64,000 nt of DNA, from assembly GCF_947259025.1 (NCBI RefSeq), contig NZ_CAMYKO010000007.1, positions 23,945 to 87,944 on the forward strand, written 5' to 3'. This DNA is from an uncultured Methylophaga sp. (GTDB lineage: Bacteria > Pseudomonadota > Gammaproteobacteria > Nitrosococcales > Methylophagaceae). The notes below the pieces were generated by a model. That model was not told the DNA's origin. It did no database searches and saw only the letters and a program-made list of their open reading frames with translations. A program made the translations under genes and the position numbers. Positions 28,594-38,915 of this stretch are shown here, one piece after another (the stretch's first letter is position 1; each line of letters begins with the position of its first letter).

Positions 28594-28926
28594 ATGAAAA
28601 AATCAACCACAGCAACTGGCGTGGCTTTGGCCTTTGCCGCAGCGAGCATGATGGGCGCTGCCACGGTTAATGCCGCACCGAGTGAATCCGCCAACGTGCA
28701 TTGTTACGGCGTCAATGTCTGTAAAGGCCATAACGACTGTAAAGTATCCGGTAATGCCTGTAAGGGGCAGAATGATTGCAAAACGGCCGATAATGCCTGT
28801 AAAGGTCAGGCCGATTGCAAAACAGCAGGCAATGCCTGTGCCGGTCAGTCTTCATGCAAAGGACAGGGCTTTGTTGCCATGTCAGCAGAGGCCTGTGATC
28901 AAATTGGTGGTACAGTCGGTAAATAA
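28594..28926 (+). CDS. BufA2-like Cys-rich RiPP precursor 2 (repeat-expanded)
   Basis: GGAG RBS; Sec signal ending VNA; core HCYGVNV + 3 x CKGxxDCKxxxNA + [13 protein letters not shown]. Confidence 0.82.
   Translation: MKKSTTATGVALAFAAASMMGAATVNAAPSESANVHCYGVNVCKGHNDCKVSGNACKGQNDCKTADNACKGQADCKTAGNACAGQSSCKGQGFVAMSAEACDQIGGTVGK
28720..28836 (+). repeat. Three imperfect 39-bp (13-aa) in-frame tandem repeats
   Basis: Units 28720-28758, 28759-28797, 28798-28836 encode [39 protein letters not shown]. Confidence 0.9.
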
Positions 28927-28993
28927 GCCGATAGGTCATCGACTTCATGTCGCTGTTGCGGCATGAAGTCGATCATCCTTTTAAGGAGCGCTT

Positions 28994-29863
28994 ATGACAC
29001 GTCCGTTTCTGGGATTCGGTCTTGGCTTGAGGACCGATCATTACCAGCACATTATTGAACATCAGCCACCGATCGACTGGTTTGAAATCTTGTCTGAAAA
29101 CTATATGGTGCCGGGCGGTAAACCGTTAGCTAACCTCGACAGAATCCGTCAGGATTACCCCATGGTGATGCACGGGGTGTCGATGTCGATAGGTAGTACC
29201 GATCCACTTAATACCCGCTATCTGGATAAGCTCAAGGCATTGATTGAGCGGGTTGAGCCTGCCTGGGTTTCTGATCATCTGTGCTGGACCACGGTGGATC
29301 ATATCAACAGTCATGATTTGCTGCCGTTGCCGTATAACGAGGCGGTGATAAAGCACATTGTTGATCGCATACAGGCGGTGCAGGACTATATCGGTCGCGA
29401 GATCCTGATCGAGAACCTGTCCAGTTATGTGACTTATCACAGCTCGGAGATGAGCGAATGGCAATTTGTCAACGAGATTGCCCGTCGCAGTGGCTGTTTC
29501 CTGCTGGTCGATATCAATAATATTTTTGTCAGTGCCAATAATCATCACTTTGATCCGCGTGACTACATCAACGGCATTGATCCGGATCGGGTCATGCAGT
29601 TTCATCTTGCCGGGCATAGCTATCATGGCGAGATGATTATTGATACCCATGATCATCCGGTGTGTGAGTCAGTCTGGGATCTCTATCAGTATGCGCTGGA
29701 GCGCTATGGCGCCGTCAGCACGATGATAGAGCGGGATGACAACATTCCTCCCTTTGCGGAACTGCATGAGGAACTGACTCGGGCTGAGACTATAGCCCGC
29801 CGGACATTGACCGCAGAACAACTGGCGATCAACAGCGGCCGGATGATGCAGGGAGTTGCCTGA
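28994..29863 (+). CDS. DUF692 multinuclear non-heme iron oxidative enzyme (BufB-like)
   Basis: GFGLGLR, WFEILSENY, HGVSMSIG, SDHLCW, ILIENLSSY, DINNIFVS, HLAGH, DTH, IERDD. Confidence 0.92.
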   Translation: MTRPFLGFGLGLRTDHYQHIIEHQPPIDWFEILSENYMVPGGKPLANLDRIRQDYPMVMHGVSMSIGSTDPLNTRYLDKLKALIERVEPAWVSDHLCWTTVDHINSHDLLPLPYNEAVIKHIVDRIQAVQDYIGREILIENLSSYVTYHSSEMSEWQFVNEIARRSGCFLLVDINNIFVSANNHHFDPRDYINGIDPDRVMQFHLAGHSYHGEMIIDTHDHPVCESVWDLYQYALERYGAVSTMIERDDNIPPFAELHEELTRAETIARRTLTAEQLAINSGRMMQGVA

Positions 29864-29865
29864 CA

Positions 29866-30663
29866 ATGGAGCTGAGGAGTTTACAGCAGCAGTTCCTCTA
29901 TCACCTGCTGGGTGAGTCAACCGGGTTGGAGAAGGTGATCGAGTCAACCCCGATGATGTCCGCCCGCGACCGGCTGAATATCTACGCCAATGGCTACCGC
30001 ATGCGGTTAAAAGAAGCGCTGCAGACCGACTTCGACAAACTCCACAGTTATCTTGGTGACGCGCAGTTTGATGCTTTGATGAATCGATATATCGACACCC
30101 ATCCATCACACACCACCAGCCTGCGTTATTTCAGTATTGCATTAGCGGAAATGCTGGCACAGGAATCACCTTACAGCGAACATATTGAGCTCGCGGAGCT
30201 GGCAAAGATTGAGCAGGCATTCGCCAACAGCTTTGATGCTGGCAATGCAGCCTGTTTGTCTCTGGAACATTTTGCTTCAATTCCTGAACAGGCCTGGCCG
30301 TCGTTACAGTTGACGATGCAACCTTCGCTGCAAATTATTGCTTGTTACAGCAATGCGTTTGCTATCTGGAAAGCCTTGTCTGCCGGTGAGCCGCCACCTG
30401 AAGCACAGCATCGTGATGAGGTTGAATACTGGGTGGTCTGGCGTCGTCCAGATCTGATTAGCCATTATCGACCTTTAGCGTTTGCCGAATATACCGCGCT
30501 CAAATCCATGTCTGAAGGGGACAGCTTTGCTGAGCTCTGCGAGCAACTGCTGGACTTGTTTTCGGAGACAGACACACCCATCAAGGCGATTGGCTTTTTA
30601 CAATCCTGGGTGCAGGAAGATATGCTGGCCGGGTTGGATTACGACGGTATTAACGCGACTTGA
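29866..30663 (+). CDS. DUF2063 partner protein (BufC-like, RRE/DNA-binding-like)
   Basis: LQQQF..HL, RLNIYANGYRMRL..AL, ELAKIEQA; directly after DUF692. Confidence 0.85.
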   Translation: MELRSLQQQFLYHLLGESTGLEKVIESTPMMSARDRLNIYANGYRMRLKEALQTDFDKLHSYLGDAQFDALMNRYIDTHPSHTTSLRYFSIALAEMLAQESPYSEHIELAELAKIEQAFANSFDAGNAACLSLEHFASIPEQAWPSLQLTMQPSLQIIACYSNAFAIWKALSAGEPPPEAQHRDEVEYWVVWRRPDLISHYRPLAFAEYTALKSMSEGDSFAELCEQLLDLFSETDTPIKAIGFLQSWVQEDMLAGLDYDGINAT

Positions 30664-31081
30664 CCAGCTTTTTCAGCGCTGTCAGGTAGTCTGCTTCAGC
30701 TGGTGGCTGGCCGTCACGTTGTGCCTGCCAAAGCATCTCTGCCAGACATTCTGCCATCGCATGTTCACAGTCATGGCGATCACCAAAGCGCAGCAGTAAT
30801 TGTTGATATAAATCGCGGATACCGGCAGGTCGGTCGGTGCTGATTTGCTCGTGCAGGGAAATATGCAGGCCCATATGCAGGAACGGATTGGAGTGACCGG
30901 CTTCTACCGGAAAGTCCTGATCCAGCTTATCGGGATCGGACAGCAGCGCATGATATTCGGGGTGCATTTCAATGATTTGTGCGACGACCTGCTCCATGGC
31001 ATCCAGCGGCTGGCCATTTTGTTGTTTGGCCCAGACATCAAAAAAGAACTGACGCAGTTGCTGGCGGTTCTGCCCAAACAT
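30650..31081 (-). CDS. DUF1841 family protein
   Basis: RQQLRQFFFDVWAK, MHPEYH, NPFLHMGLHISLHEQISTDRP; start placed at MFGQ right after the nth stop. Confidence 0.85.
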   Translation of the reverse strand: MFGQNRQQLRQFFFDVWAKQQNGQPLDAMEQVVAQIIEMHPEYHALLSDPDKLDQDFPVEAGHSNPFLHMGLHISLHEQISTDRPAGIRDLYQQLLLRFGDRHDCEHAMAECLAEMLWQAQRDGQPPAEADYLTALKKLVKSR

Positions 31082-31082
31082 A

Positions 31083-31736
31083 TCAGGCGCTGGCTCTGGC
31101 GCGACGCTGGTTATCGCGGAAAAAGTCGCAAAGGTGGCTGACGCAGCACTGTTCACACTTGGGTTTACGGGCGGTACAGACATAGCGCCCGTGCAGGATT
31201 AACCAGTGATGGGCATCCAGCATAAACTCCTTGGGTACGACTTTCATCAACTTGTCCTCCACCGCGCGCACGGTTTTGCCCTTGGCCAGGCCGGTGCGGT
31301 TGGAGAGGCGGAAAATATGGGTGTCGACTGCCATCACCGGCTGTTTAAAGACGGTGTTAAGCACCACATTGGCTGTTTTGCGGCCGACACCGGGCAGGGC
31401 TTCCAGCGCCGCTCGTTGGGCCGGGACCTCACCCTCATGCTTTTCCAGTAGAGCGCGGCAGGTTTTAATGACATTTTCGGCCTTGCTGTTAAACAGGCCG
31501 ATAGTTTTGATGTATTGCTTGAGACCGTCGACCCCCAGATCAAGTATCGCCTGCGGCGTATTGGCGACCGGGTAAAGTTTGTCAGTGGCCTTGTTTACGC
31601 TGATATCGGTGGCCTGTGCCGACAGAATCACCGCAATCAGTAACTCAAACGGGCTGCTGTAATTAAGCTCGGTGGTCGGCGCCGGGTTATGCGCTTTCAG
31701 GGTGGCGAAAAATTCACGCCTCTGGGCTTGGTTCAT
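31083..31736 (-). CDS. nth: Endonuclease III
   Basis: LPGVGRKTANVVL, VDTHIFR, CTARKPKCEQCCVSHLC Fe-S motif. Confidence 0.96.
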   Translation of the reverse strand: MNQAQRREFFATLKAHNPAPTTELNYSSPFELLIAVILSAQATDISVNKATDKLYPVANTPQAILDLGVDGLKQYIKTIGLFNSKAENVIKTCRALLEKHEGEVPAQRAALEALPGVGRKTANVVLNTVFKQPVMAVDTHIFRLSNRTGLAKGKTVRAVEDKLMKVVPKEFMLDAHHWLILHGRYVCTARKPKCEQCCVSHLCDFFRDNQRRARASA

Positions 31737-31738
31737 AA

Positions 31739-32428
31739 CTAAGCGGAGGTGGCTTCTGCCTCGACTTCAACCGGTGCTGCTTTAGGCTGACGGTCAGCCA
31801 GTTTGATATCAATAATATTTTTCAGCGCCACAATCAGGCCCAGCCCGATAAAGGCACCGGGCGGCAACAACGCCATCAGAAAACCCCGATAGTCTTCAAT
31901 TACGGTGATGGTAAAGCCACGCGCCGCCTCACCGAACATCAGGTAAGCCTGAGAAAATAATGTGCCCTGACCGATCAGTTCACGCATGGCTCCCAGTAAT
32001 ACCAGAACCGCAGTGAAACCCAGTCCCATCATCAGCCCGTCAAGCAGGGCAGGACCAACCGGGTTACGGGCAGCAAAAGCTTCTGCACGGCCGGTAATAG
32101 CGCAGTTGGTGACGATCAGGGGGATAAAGATCCCCAGGATCAGGTAAAGCTCGTGGAACCAGGCATTCATCGACAGTTCGATAATGGTGACGATAGAAGC
32201 AATGATCATCACGAACACCGGCAACCGCGCTTCATCCGGAATTTGATGGCGCAGCAGCGAGATAATACCGTTGGAGGCAACCAGTGTCAGAATCGTTGCC
32301 AGACCCAGTCCCAGTCCGTTAATGACGGTATTGGTGACGGCCAGCAAGGGGCATAGCCCGAGCAGTTGCACCAGGCCGGGGTTATTGCTCCATAAGCCGT
32401 CCTGAATAATTTGCTTGTAAGCGTTCAT
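31739..32428 (-). CDS. rsxE: Rnf/Rsx subunit E
   Basis: [25 protein letters not shown]. Confidence 0.95.
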   Translation of the reverse strand: MNAYKQIIQDGLWSNNPGLVQLLGLCPLLAVTNTVINGLGLGLATILTLVASNGIISLLRHQIPDEARLPVFVMIIASIVTIIELSMNAWFHELYLILGIFIPLIVTNCAITGRAEAFAARNPVGPALLDGLMMGLGFTAVLVLLGAMRELIGQGTLFSQAYLMFGEAARGFTITVIEDYRGFLMALLPPGAFIGLGLIVALKNIIDIKLADRQPKAAPVEVEAEATSA

Positions 32429-33060
32429 GAGCTTTCCTCGCTAGGGGCAAATAATGCCTTTTTCTCATCGCGGAAATAAATCAGTGCCTCTTTGACGGCA
32501 TTGACCACAGCGCGCGGTGTAATCGTGGCACCGGTAAACTGGTCAAATTGACCGCCGTCTTTTTTCACTTTCCATTTGGCCGCAGCCGGGTCAGTGAGTG
32601 ACAGGCCTTCAAACTGTAAAATCCAGTCCGATTTATTTTCATCAATCTTATCACCCAGCCCCGGTGTTTCCTTGTGGCTGATAACACGAACACCGGCCAG
32701 CTTGCCGCTGTGATAAATGCCAACCAACATTTTGATCTGACCCGAATAACCATCCGGCGCCACCACGGTTAAAATAGCAGCCACCGGCTCACCATCAAGC
32801 CGTGCACGATAGATTTCAGTGGGTTCTTCGGTGCCCAGTGCCATCGTGGCAGGCCACTTTAAGGTGTCCTGCAATATATCGTTGTCGTATTGCTCATGCG
32901 GAATCAGGGCGTTAATGCCATCCAACAGACGCTGACGCTCGTTTTCAGTGATCTGATCGCGGGTATTGCGCTCGGTGAAGGCCACCAGTGTAGTCGCCAC
33001 GATCGCAAACAGCCCCAGTAACAGCCCCACCCGGATGATATGTTTCTGCAGCGCCATCAT
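32425..33060 (-). CDS. rsxG: Rnf/Rsx subunit G
   Basis: [28 protein letters not shown]-attachment motif. Confidence 0.95.
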   Translation of the reverse strand: MMALQKHIIRVGLLLGLFAIVATTLVAFTERNTRDQITENERQRLLDGINALIPHEQYDNDILQDTLKWPATMALGTEEPTEIYRARLDGEPVAAILTVVAPDGYSGQIKMLVGIYHSGKLAGVRVISHKETPGLGDKIDENKSDWILQFEGLSLTDPAAAKWKVKKDGGQFDQFTGATITPRAVVNAVKEALIYFRDEKKALFAPSEESS

Positions 33061-34091
33061 TTGCTGGTCGCTCCGTAAACCCGCGGCTGGGTGTAGTAAT
33101 CGATCAAGGGCACCAGCATATTCATCAGCAGCACCGCAAAAGCGACGCCGTCAGGATAACCGCCCCAGATCCGGATAATATAGGTCAAAGCACCGACGCC
33201 GGCACCAAATACCAGCCGACCTTTAACGGTGGTGGAGCCCGATACCGGATCGGTGGCGATAAAAAACGCCCCCAGCATGGTACCGCCGCTGAACAAATGC
33301 AGCATCGGCGAGCCGGTGATGTCCGGTGCAAACAAGCTGGTCAGGCTGCTGAAAACAAACAGGGTCAGCAGCATTGCCACCGGCACATGCCAGTTGATTA
33401 CACCGCGGTACAGCAAAAACAAACCGCCCAGCAGGAACCACAGGTTGATCCATTCCCAGCCCAGGCCACCGAGCATGCCGAACAGATCCTGATTCACAAT
33501 ATATTCGGGCAGAATATCCAGTCCGATCTGGGTTTTCATCGCATCCAGCGGCGTGGCGCCGGATACCGTGTCAGGCACAAGACCACCACTGGTTTCACCG
33601 CTGAAAATCAACTGCAATGCCTGGCTGAAGTTGAGCGGATTATCGGCCAGTGACAGCACCGGCAGCCAAGTGGTCATTTCCAGCGGGAATGACAACAGCA
33701 ACAGCACATAGCCGACCATGGCCGGGTTGAACGGGTTATAACCCAAGCCGCCATAGAGATGTTTGGCAAACACGATAGAGAACAGTACACCGGTGACGGT
33801 CAGCCACCAGGGCGACAATGGCGGAATCGCCACCGCCAGTAACACCGCGGTGACAGCCGCGCTGCCATCACTGATAAAAGGTTTAACCGGCCGTTTACGG
33901 ATCTTCAGCATCAGCGTCTCGGCCAGCAGGGCCGTGACCAGTGCCAGGCTGATATTGATCAGTACGGCCGGACCAAAGAACACCACCATGGCAGCCACGG
34001 CTGGCACCATGGCCATCAACACCTGCAGCATTTGCAGCGTGACACGGTTCGTCCCAGCCAGAAACGGCGGACTAATCCGGAATAGGGGCAT
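33057..34091 (-). CDS. rsxD: Rnf/Rsx subunit D
   Basis: FGGLG.NPFNPA-like YGGLGYNPFNPA, SGATPL, ATDPVS, YPDGVAFAVLL; start reassigned to MPLFRISPP. Confidence 0.93.
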   Translation of the reverse strand: MPLFRISPPFLAGTNRVTLQMLQVLMAMVPAVAAMVVFFGPAVLINISLALVTALLAETLMLKIRKRPVKPFISDGSAAVTAVLLAVAIPPLSPWWLTVTGVLFSIVFAKHLYGGLGYNPFNPAMVGYVLLLLSFPLEMTTWLPVLSLADNPLNFSQALQLIFSGETSGGLVPDTVSGATPLDAMKTQIGLDILPEYIVNQDLFGMLGGLGWEWINLWFLLGGLFLLYRGVINWHVPVAMLLTLFVFSSLTSLFAPDITGSPMLHLFSGGTMLGAFFIATDPVSGSTTVKGRLVFGAGVGALTYIIRIWGGYPDGVAFAVLLMNMLVPLIDYYTQPRVYGATSK

Positions 34092-34095
34092 GCGC

Positions 34096-35616
34096 TTAAG
34101 TCTCCTTGTCGGCCGCTTCAGCCGTTTCGGCTTTAGCAGCAGCTTCTTTTTCTTTTTTGGCCTTGGAAGCCGCCAGTGCAGCTTTGCGTTGACGTTGACG
34201 CTCTTCTTTTTCGCGTTTTTCCCTTTCCATCCGGGCCTGGCGGGATTCAAAGCGCTCGCGTGCCAAATCGGATTTTTCGCGTTCACGTTCCTGGTTCATG
34301 ATTTCCGTTTTGGCAAAACGGAAATACGACACCAGTGGGATCTTGCTGGGGCAAACATAGTCGCAGCAACCACACTCGATGCAATCAAACAGGTTGTAAT
34401 CCTGGGTTTGATCAAATTCCTTGGCCCGTGAGTGCCAGTAAAGCTGTTGCGGCAGCAGGCTTGCAGGGCAGACGGAAGCACAGTCACCACAGCGAATGCA
34501 GGGCAACGGATCGGTTTTGGGTGCGGCATCTTCAACACCGACCAGAATGCAGTTGGCAGTTTTGGTTACCGGCAGATTATCACCGGACAGGTTGAAGCCC
34601 ATCATCGGTCCGCCAAGAATAAACGGCTCATCAGGCTGGCGCTTGGTTTCGGCAAATTCCAGCAGTTCCGAGATCGGCGTTCCAAACAGGGTTTCAAAGT
34701 TACCAGCATGGGTCACATCGGTGCCGGTGACGGTCACGATCCGTGAAATCAGCGGCTCGCCGTGATTGATAGCACGCCCAACTGCATAGGCGGTACCCAT
34801 ATTATGGGACACGATGCCGATATCAATTGGCAGGCCGTCACTGGGCACTTCCTTGCCGGTCACCACCTGGATGATCTGTTTTTCACCGCCGGTCGGATAA
34901 CGGGTCGGAATCACCACGATGCTGGTATTGGTCAGATGTGGACGCGCTGCCAGTGCCAGTTCCATCGCAGAAATAGCCAGTGGTTTGTTGTCTTCAATCG
35001 CCAGAATTACATTGCGTGCCCGCAGCGCATGTCGCATGATTTCGACGCCGTCGAGAATGCCGTCAGCGCGCTCGCGCATCAGCATATCGTCACAGGAGAT
35101 ATAGGGCTCACACTCAGCGCCATTAAGCAGCAGGGTTTCCACCGTGTGGTGAACGCCCGGATTCATTTTGATAAAGCTGGGGAAACCGGCGCCACCCAGC
35201 CCCACGATGCCGGCATCACGAATGATCTGACGAATTTCGTGGGCGGACATCTCGCTGAAGTTTTCTACCGGATGACGCTCGATCCATTGATCTTCACCAT
35301 CGGTTTCGATAGTAATGCAGGGGGCACTCAGACCGGAAGGGTGGGGAATAGCCTGTTCATCAATCGCCACTACGGTGCCCGAACTGGGCGCATGCAGACA
35401 CACTGAGACGTGACCGTCTGCCCGGGCAATACGCTGGCCTTTCAAAACCTTGTCACCCACGCTGACAACCGGCATCGCCGCGGCACCGATATGCTGCTGC
35501 AGAGGCAGGATCAGCTTGTCAGACAGCGGCGTTTTGCGGATTGGCGTTTGCGTGGAACGCTTTTTATGGCCACGCAGTTTCAGCCCACCGGGGAAATCAG
35601 ACAGAGGTTTGTTCAT
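34096..35616 (-). CDS. rsxC: Rnf/Rsx subunit C
   Basis: [26 protein letters not shown] and CIECGCC ferredoxin motifs; start at MNKPL. Confidence 0.94.
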   Translation of the reverse strand: MNKPLSDFPGGLKLRGHKKRSTQTPIRKTPLSDKLILPLQQHIGAAAMPVVSVGDKVLKGQRIARADGHVSVCLHAPSSGTVVAIDEQAIPHPSGLSAPCITIETDGEDQWIERHPVENFSEMSAHEIRQIIRDAGIVGLGGAGFPSFIKMNPGVHHTVETLLLNGAECEPYISCDDMLMRERADGILDGVEIMRHALRARNVILAIEDNKPLAISAMELALAARPHLTNTSIVVIPTRYPTGGEKQIIQVVTGKEVPSDGLPIDIGIVSHNMGTAYAVGRAINHGEPLISRIVTVTGTDVTHAGNFETLFGTPISELLEFAETKRQPDEPFILGGPMMGFNLSGDNLPVTKTANCILVGVEDAAPKTDPLPCIRCGDCASVCPASLLPQQLYWHSRAKEFDQTQDYNLFDCIECGCCDYVCPSKIPLVSYFRFAKTEIMNQEREREKSDLARERFESRQARMEREKREKEERQRQRKAALAASKAKKEKEAAAKAETAEAADKET

Positions 35617-36173
35617 GCCTGACCTCCGCGTTCCAGTTGCAGATGCGAGGGATCCGGCCAGCGCCAGGTGTTGGGGTTCTGCGCGACTTCCACCATATCG
35701 ATACAATCGACCGGGCAGGGTTCAAGACACAGTTCACAACCGGTGCATTCATCAGCAATGACGGTATGCATATGCTTGGCTGCGCCCAGAATGGCATCCA
35801 CCGGACAAGCCTGAATACACAAAGTGCAGCCGATACAACGCTGTTCGTCAATCACCGCCAGTGTTTTGGGTTTTTCCACGCCGCATTCTTCATCCAGCGG
35901 CTTGGGTTCAACATCAAGCAGATCGGCCAGCGACTGAATGGTGGCTTCACCACCTGGCGGGCAGCGGTTGATATCGACTTCACCGGCCGCAATCGCTTCG
36001 GCATAGGGCCGGCACCCGGCAAAGCTGCATTGTCCACACTGAGTCTGCGGCAGCAGTTTATCGATTTGCTCGACAATCGGGTCACCTTCTACTTTGAACT
36101 TGACCGAGGCAAAGCCCAGCAGCAGACCCATCACCAGTGCCAGCAAAGTTAAGGCAATAATCGCAGTCAACAT
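35613..36173 (-). CDS. rsxB: Rnf/Rsx subunit B
   Basis: [32 protein letters not shown]. Confidence 0.95.
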   Translation of the reverse strand: MLTAIIALTLLALVMGLLLGFASVKFKVEGDPIVEQIDKLLPQTQCGQCSFAGCRPYAEAIAAGEVDINRCPPGGEATIQSLADLLDVEPKPLDEECGVEKPKTLAVIDEQRCIGCTLCIQACPVDAILGAAKHMHTVIADECTGCELCLEPCPVDCIDMVEVAQNPNTWRWPDPSHLQLERGGQA

Positions 36174-36177
36174 ACGG

Positions 36178-36759
36178 CTACACCTTCACCAATCCGGCGA
36201 AGCCCATGAAAGCCATGGACATCAGGCCAGCAGTAATCAGACCAATAGCAGCGCCCTGAAATGGCACCGGCACATCAGCCGCAGCCAGTCGTTCACGCAT
36301 GCCGGCAAAAATCACCAGTACCATGGAGAAACCGATCGCTGCACCAAAGCCATACAGGGCAGACTCGATAAAGCCGTGTTGCTCCTGCACATTAAGCAGG
36401 GCCACACCCAGCACGGCGCAGTTGGTGGTAATCAGGGGCAGGAAGATGCCCAGTACCTGGTAAAGCAGGGGACTGGTTTTGTGCACAACCATTTCTGTGA
36501 ATTGCACCACCACGGCGATAACAAAAATAAAGCTGATGGTGCGCAGGAAACCGATGCCGAACGGCGCCAGCAGGTATTCGTTGATGAGGTAACTGCTAAT
36601 CGACGACAAAGTCAGCACGAAAGTGGTGGCGAGCGCCATACCCATAGCGGTTTCCAGCTTACGGGAAACGCCCATGAACGGACACAGCCCCAGGAATTTT
36701 ACCAGGACGATGTTGTTCACCAGTATCGTGCTTAACAGTATCAGGGCATAGTCTGCCAT
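36178..36759 (-). CDS. rsxA: Rnf/Rsx subunit A
   Basis: [23 protein letters not shown]. Confidence 0.95.
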   Translation of the reverse strand: MADYALILLSTILVNNIVLVKFLGLCPFMGVSRKLETAMGMALATTFVLTLSSISSYLINEYLLAPFGIGFLRTISFIFVIAVVVQFTEMVVHKTSPLLYQVLGIFLPLITTNCAVLGVALLNVQEQHGFIESALYGFGAAIGFSMVLVIFAGMRERLAAADVPVPFQGAAIGLITAGLMSMAFMGFAGLVKV

Positions 36760-36950
36760 TTAATAACCTACTGATTTCCTCAGGAATTCGTTGTTATTTC
36801 AGCGCGAGCGCCGCTCAGGTGCTGAATATCAAACGTGCATTATAGCTTAAAAAGGCGGTTTTCTGAAACGTTACGGCGGCTTTATCGCCTTGTCTGATAG
36901 GGACTTAGCGAGTCGTCAAAAGACAAGGACAGCCAGCAAAACATTCCCAC

Positions 36951-38021
36951 TCAGCTTGTCGCTGATTGCCGCTCACGACGCTGACGGACAGCCTGAGCCA
37001 GTTCCTGCAGCAGCGGTGCGGTGTTATCCCACGCCATACAGGCATCGGTGATGCTCTGACCGTAAACCAGCTCCTGTCCGGGTTCGTGATTCTGCCGTCC
37101 GGCGACCAGGTTGCTTTCCAGCATCAGCCCGATAATACGTTTATCACCGTGAGCGACCTGTGAAGCGACATCGCGGCAAACGGTTTCCTGGCGGATATGA
37201 TTCTTTCCACTGTTGGCATGACTGCAGTCGATCATCATCTTGGCGTCCTGACCGGAACGGCCAATCACTTCGGCAGCGGCATTGACACTCTCGGCATCAA
37301 AGTTCGGCGAACGGCCACCGCGCAGGATGACATGGCAGTCCGGGTTGCCGGTGGTGGAGAAAATCGCTGAACGGCCTGCCTTGGTCAAAGACATGAAGTG
37401 GTGTGGTTTGGACGCCGACAGACAGGCGTCAACAGCTATCTGCAGGCCGCCGTCGGTCGCGTTCTTAAAGCCCACGGGGCAGGACAGACCCGAAGCCAGC
37501 TCGCGGTGTGCCTGACTTTCCGTGGTACGGGCACCGATAGCGCCCCAGGAAATCAGATCAGAAATATATTGCGGGCTGATCAGATCCAGATATTCGGTGG
37601 CTGCCGGAATATTCATTTCCGCCAGATCCAGCAGCAGTTTGCGGGCAATGTGCAGGCCATCATTGATTCTGAAGCTGCCATCCAGATACGGGTCGTTGAT
37701 CAGTCCCTTCCAGCCGACCACTGAGCGCGGTTTTTCAAAATACACCCGCATAATGACATGCAAATCGTCTTTTAACTCCTCGATCAGCGGCTTAAGCCTT
37801 GTGGCATATTCGCGGGCCGCGTCGGGATCGTGGATGGAGCAGGGACCAACAATCACTATCAGACGATCGTCATTTTTGTGAAGAATGTCCTGGCTTGCTT
37901 TGCGCGCAAGGAATACCGTTTCCGATGCCTGGTCGGTAATAGGCAGTTCTTCATGTAGTTGCGCCGGTGGCAGGACTTCCTGTATACCGGTGATTCGCAA
38001 ATCGTCTGTGCTGTAGAGCAT
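36951..38021 (-). CDS. aroG: DAHP synthase, class I
   Basis: VGPCSIHD, MRVYFEKPR, IGARTTESQ, DCSHANS, SITDAC; start reassigned to MLYSTDD. Confidence 0.9.
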   Translation of the reverse strand: MLYSTDDLRITGIQEVLPPAQLHEELPITDQASETVFLARKASQDILHKNDDRLIVIVGPCSIHDPDAAREYATRLKPLIEELKDDLHVIMRVYFEKPRSVVGWKGLINDPYLDGSFRINDGLHIARKLLLDLAEMNIPAATEYLDLISPQYISDLISWGAIGARTTESQAHRELASGLSCPVGFKNATDGGLQIAVDACLSASKPHHFMSLTKAGRSAIFSTTGNPDCHVILRGGRSPNFDAESVNAAAEVIGRSGQDAKMMIDCSHANSGKNHIRQETVCRDVASQVAHGDKRIIGLMLESNLVAGRQNHEPGQELVYGQSITDACMAWDNTAPLLQELAQAVRQRRERQSATS

Positions 38022-38179
38022 GATGGTCGCTATATTGTGTCTATGATTAAACAGTAAATTGTACCCGCTGCGCCGGTTTTGTGCTATGTCACCTTTGCCT
38101 GCGGGAAGAAGTTTCTCAGACCGAGTTTGCAGTGAATTGTTCATGGGCTGGCGCAACTGCCCACAAGTAACGGGGCAAA

Positions 38180-38884
38180 ATGGATAAGGAAGATTTTATG
38201 CGGTTGGTGGAATCACTCAAGCAAGGACAGGAAAAGCTGGAGTCGCTCAACTCCGAGTTTAAAAACCGGGTCGGCACCACGCTGAAAAACTGGCCGGAGA
38301 CCTTGAATAAAAAAGTCTCGGATATTCGTAATCTGTCCCTGCCCTGGACCCAGTATTTCCACTTTTTTCATGAGCCCGATGAAAATCAGGCTGTGTCGGA
38401 AGACCGGGCGCCCAGTGAAAAGTTTATTGCCCTACGTGAGCGGCTGGAAGCCCAGCTCGGTGAAGAGAGCTATGTGGGGGAATGGTTCGAGCTGGATCAA
38501 AACTGTATTAATCAGTTTGCCACCGTGACCGGTGATCAGCAGTGGATTCACACTGATCCCGCACGTGCCGAAAAAGAATCCCCCTTCAAAGCCACCATCG
38601 CCCATGGTTTTCTGACCTTGTCGCTGATTCCGATGCTGACTGATACCGTTAACCCGGAAAACGAGGCCTACCCGGAAGCCCGTCTGGTGGTGAATTACGG
38701 TATGAACAAGGTTGTTTTTCCGGCACCGGTCAAAGCCGGTAAGCGCATCCGGGCCCGTACGCGGATTATTCAGATCACGCCAATGCGACGTGGCCTGGAA
38801 CTGGTCAGGGAAGTCAAAATCGAAGTGGAAAACAGTAAGCGTCCGGCCTGTATTGCTGAACTGGTGCTCAAACTCTACGACTGA
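38180..38884 (+). CDS. MaoC-family dehydratase
   Basis: FATVTGDQQWIHTDP, TIAHGFLTLSL, NYGMNKVVFPAPV. Confidence 0.88.
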   Translation: MDKEDFMRLVESLKQGQEKLESLNSEFKNRVGTTLKNWPETLNKKVSDIRNLSLPWTQYFHFFHEPDENQAVSEDRAPSEKFIALRERLEAQLGEESYVGEWFELDQNCINQFATVTGDQQWIHTDPARAEKESPFKATIAHGFLTLSLIPMLTDTVNPENEAYPEARLVVNYGMNKVVFPAPVKAGKRIRARTRIIQITPMRRGLELVREVKIEVENSKRPACIAELVLKLYD

Positions 38885-38889
38885 TCAAT

Positions 38890-38914
38890 AAAAAGCGGCT
38901 TTCAGGCCGCTTTT
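38890..38914. terminator. Bidirectional terminator
   Basis: AAAAAGCGGC-TTTCAG-GCCGCTTTT between convergent genes. Confidence 0.8.
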
Positions 38915-38915
38915 C

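Noticed and set aside
28720-28836. CRISPR-like reading of the 39-bp repeats
   Set aside because: In-frame coding repeats with no spacers.
34092-34286. Lys-rich N-terminal extension of RsxD
   Set aside because: Alternative-frame reading of the rsxC 3' end; start is 34091.
38022-38156. 45-aa N-terminal extension of AroG
   Set aside because: Covers the divergent promoter region; homology begins near MLYSTDD.
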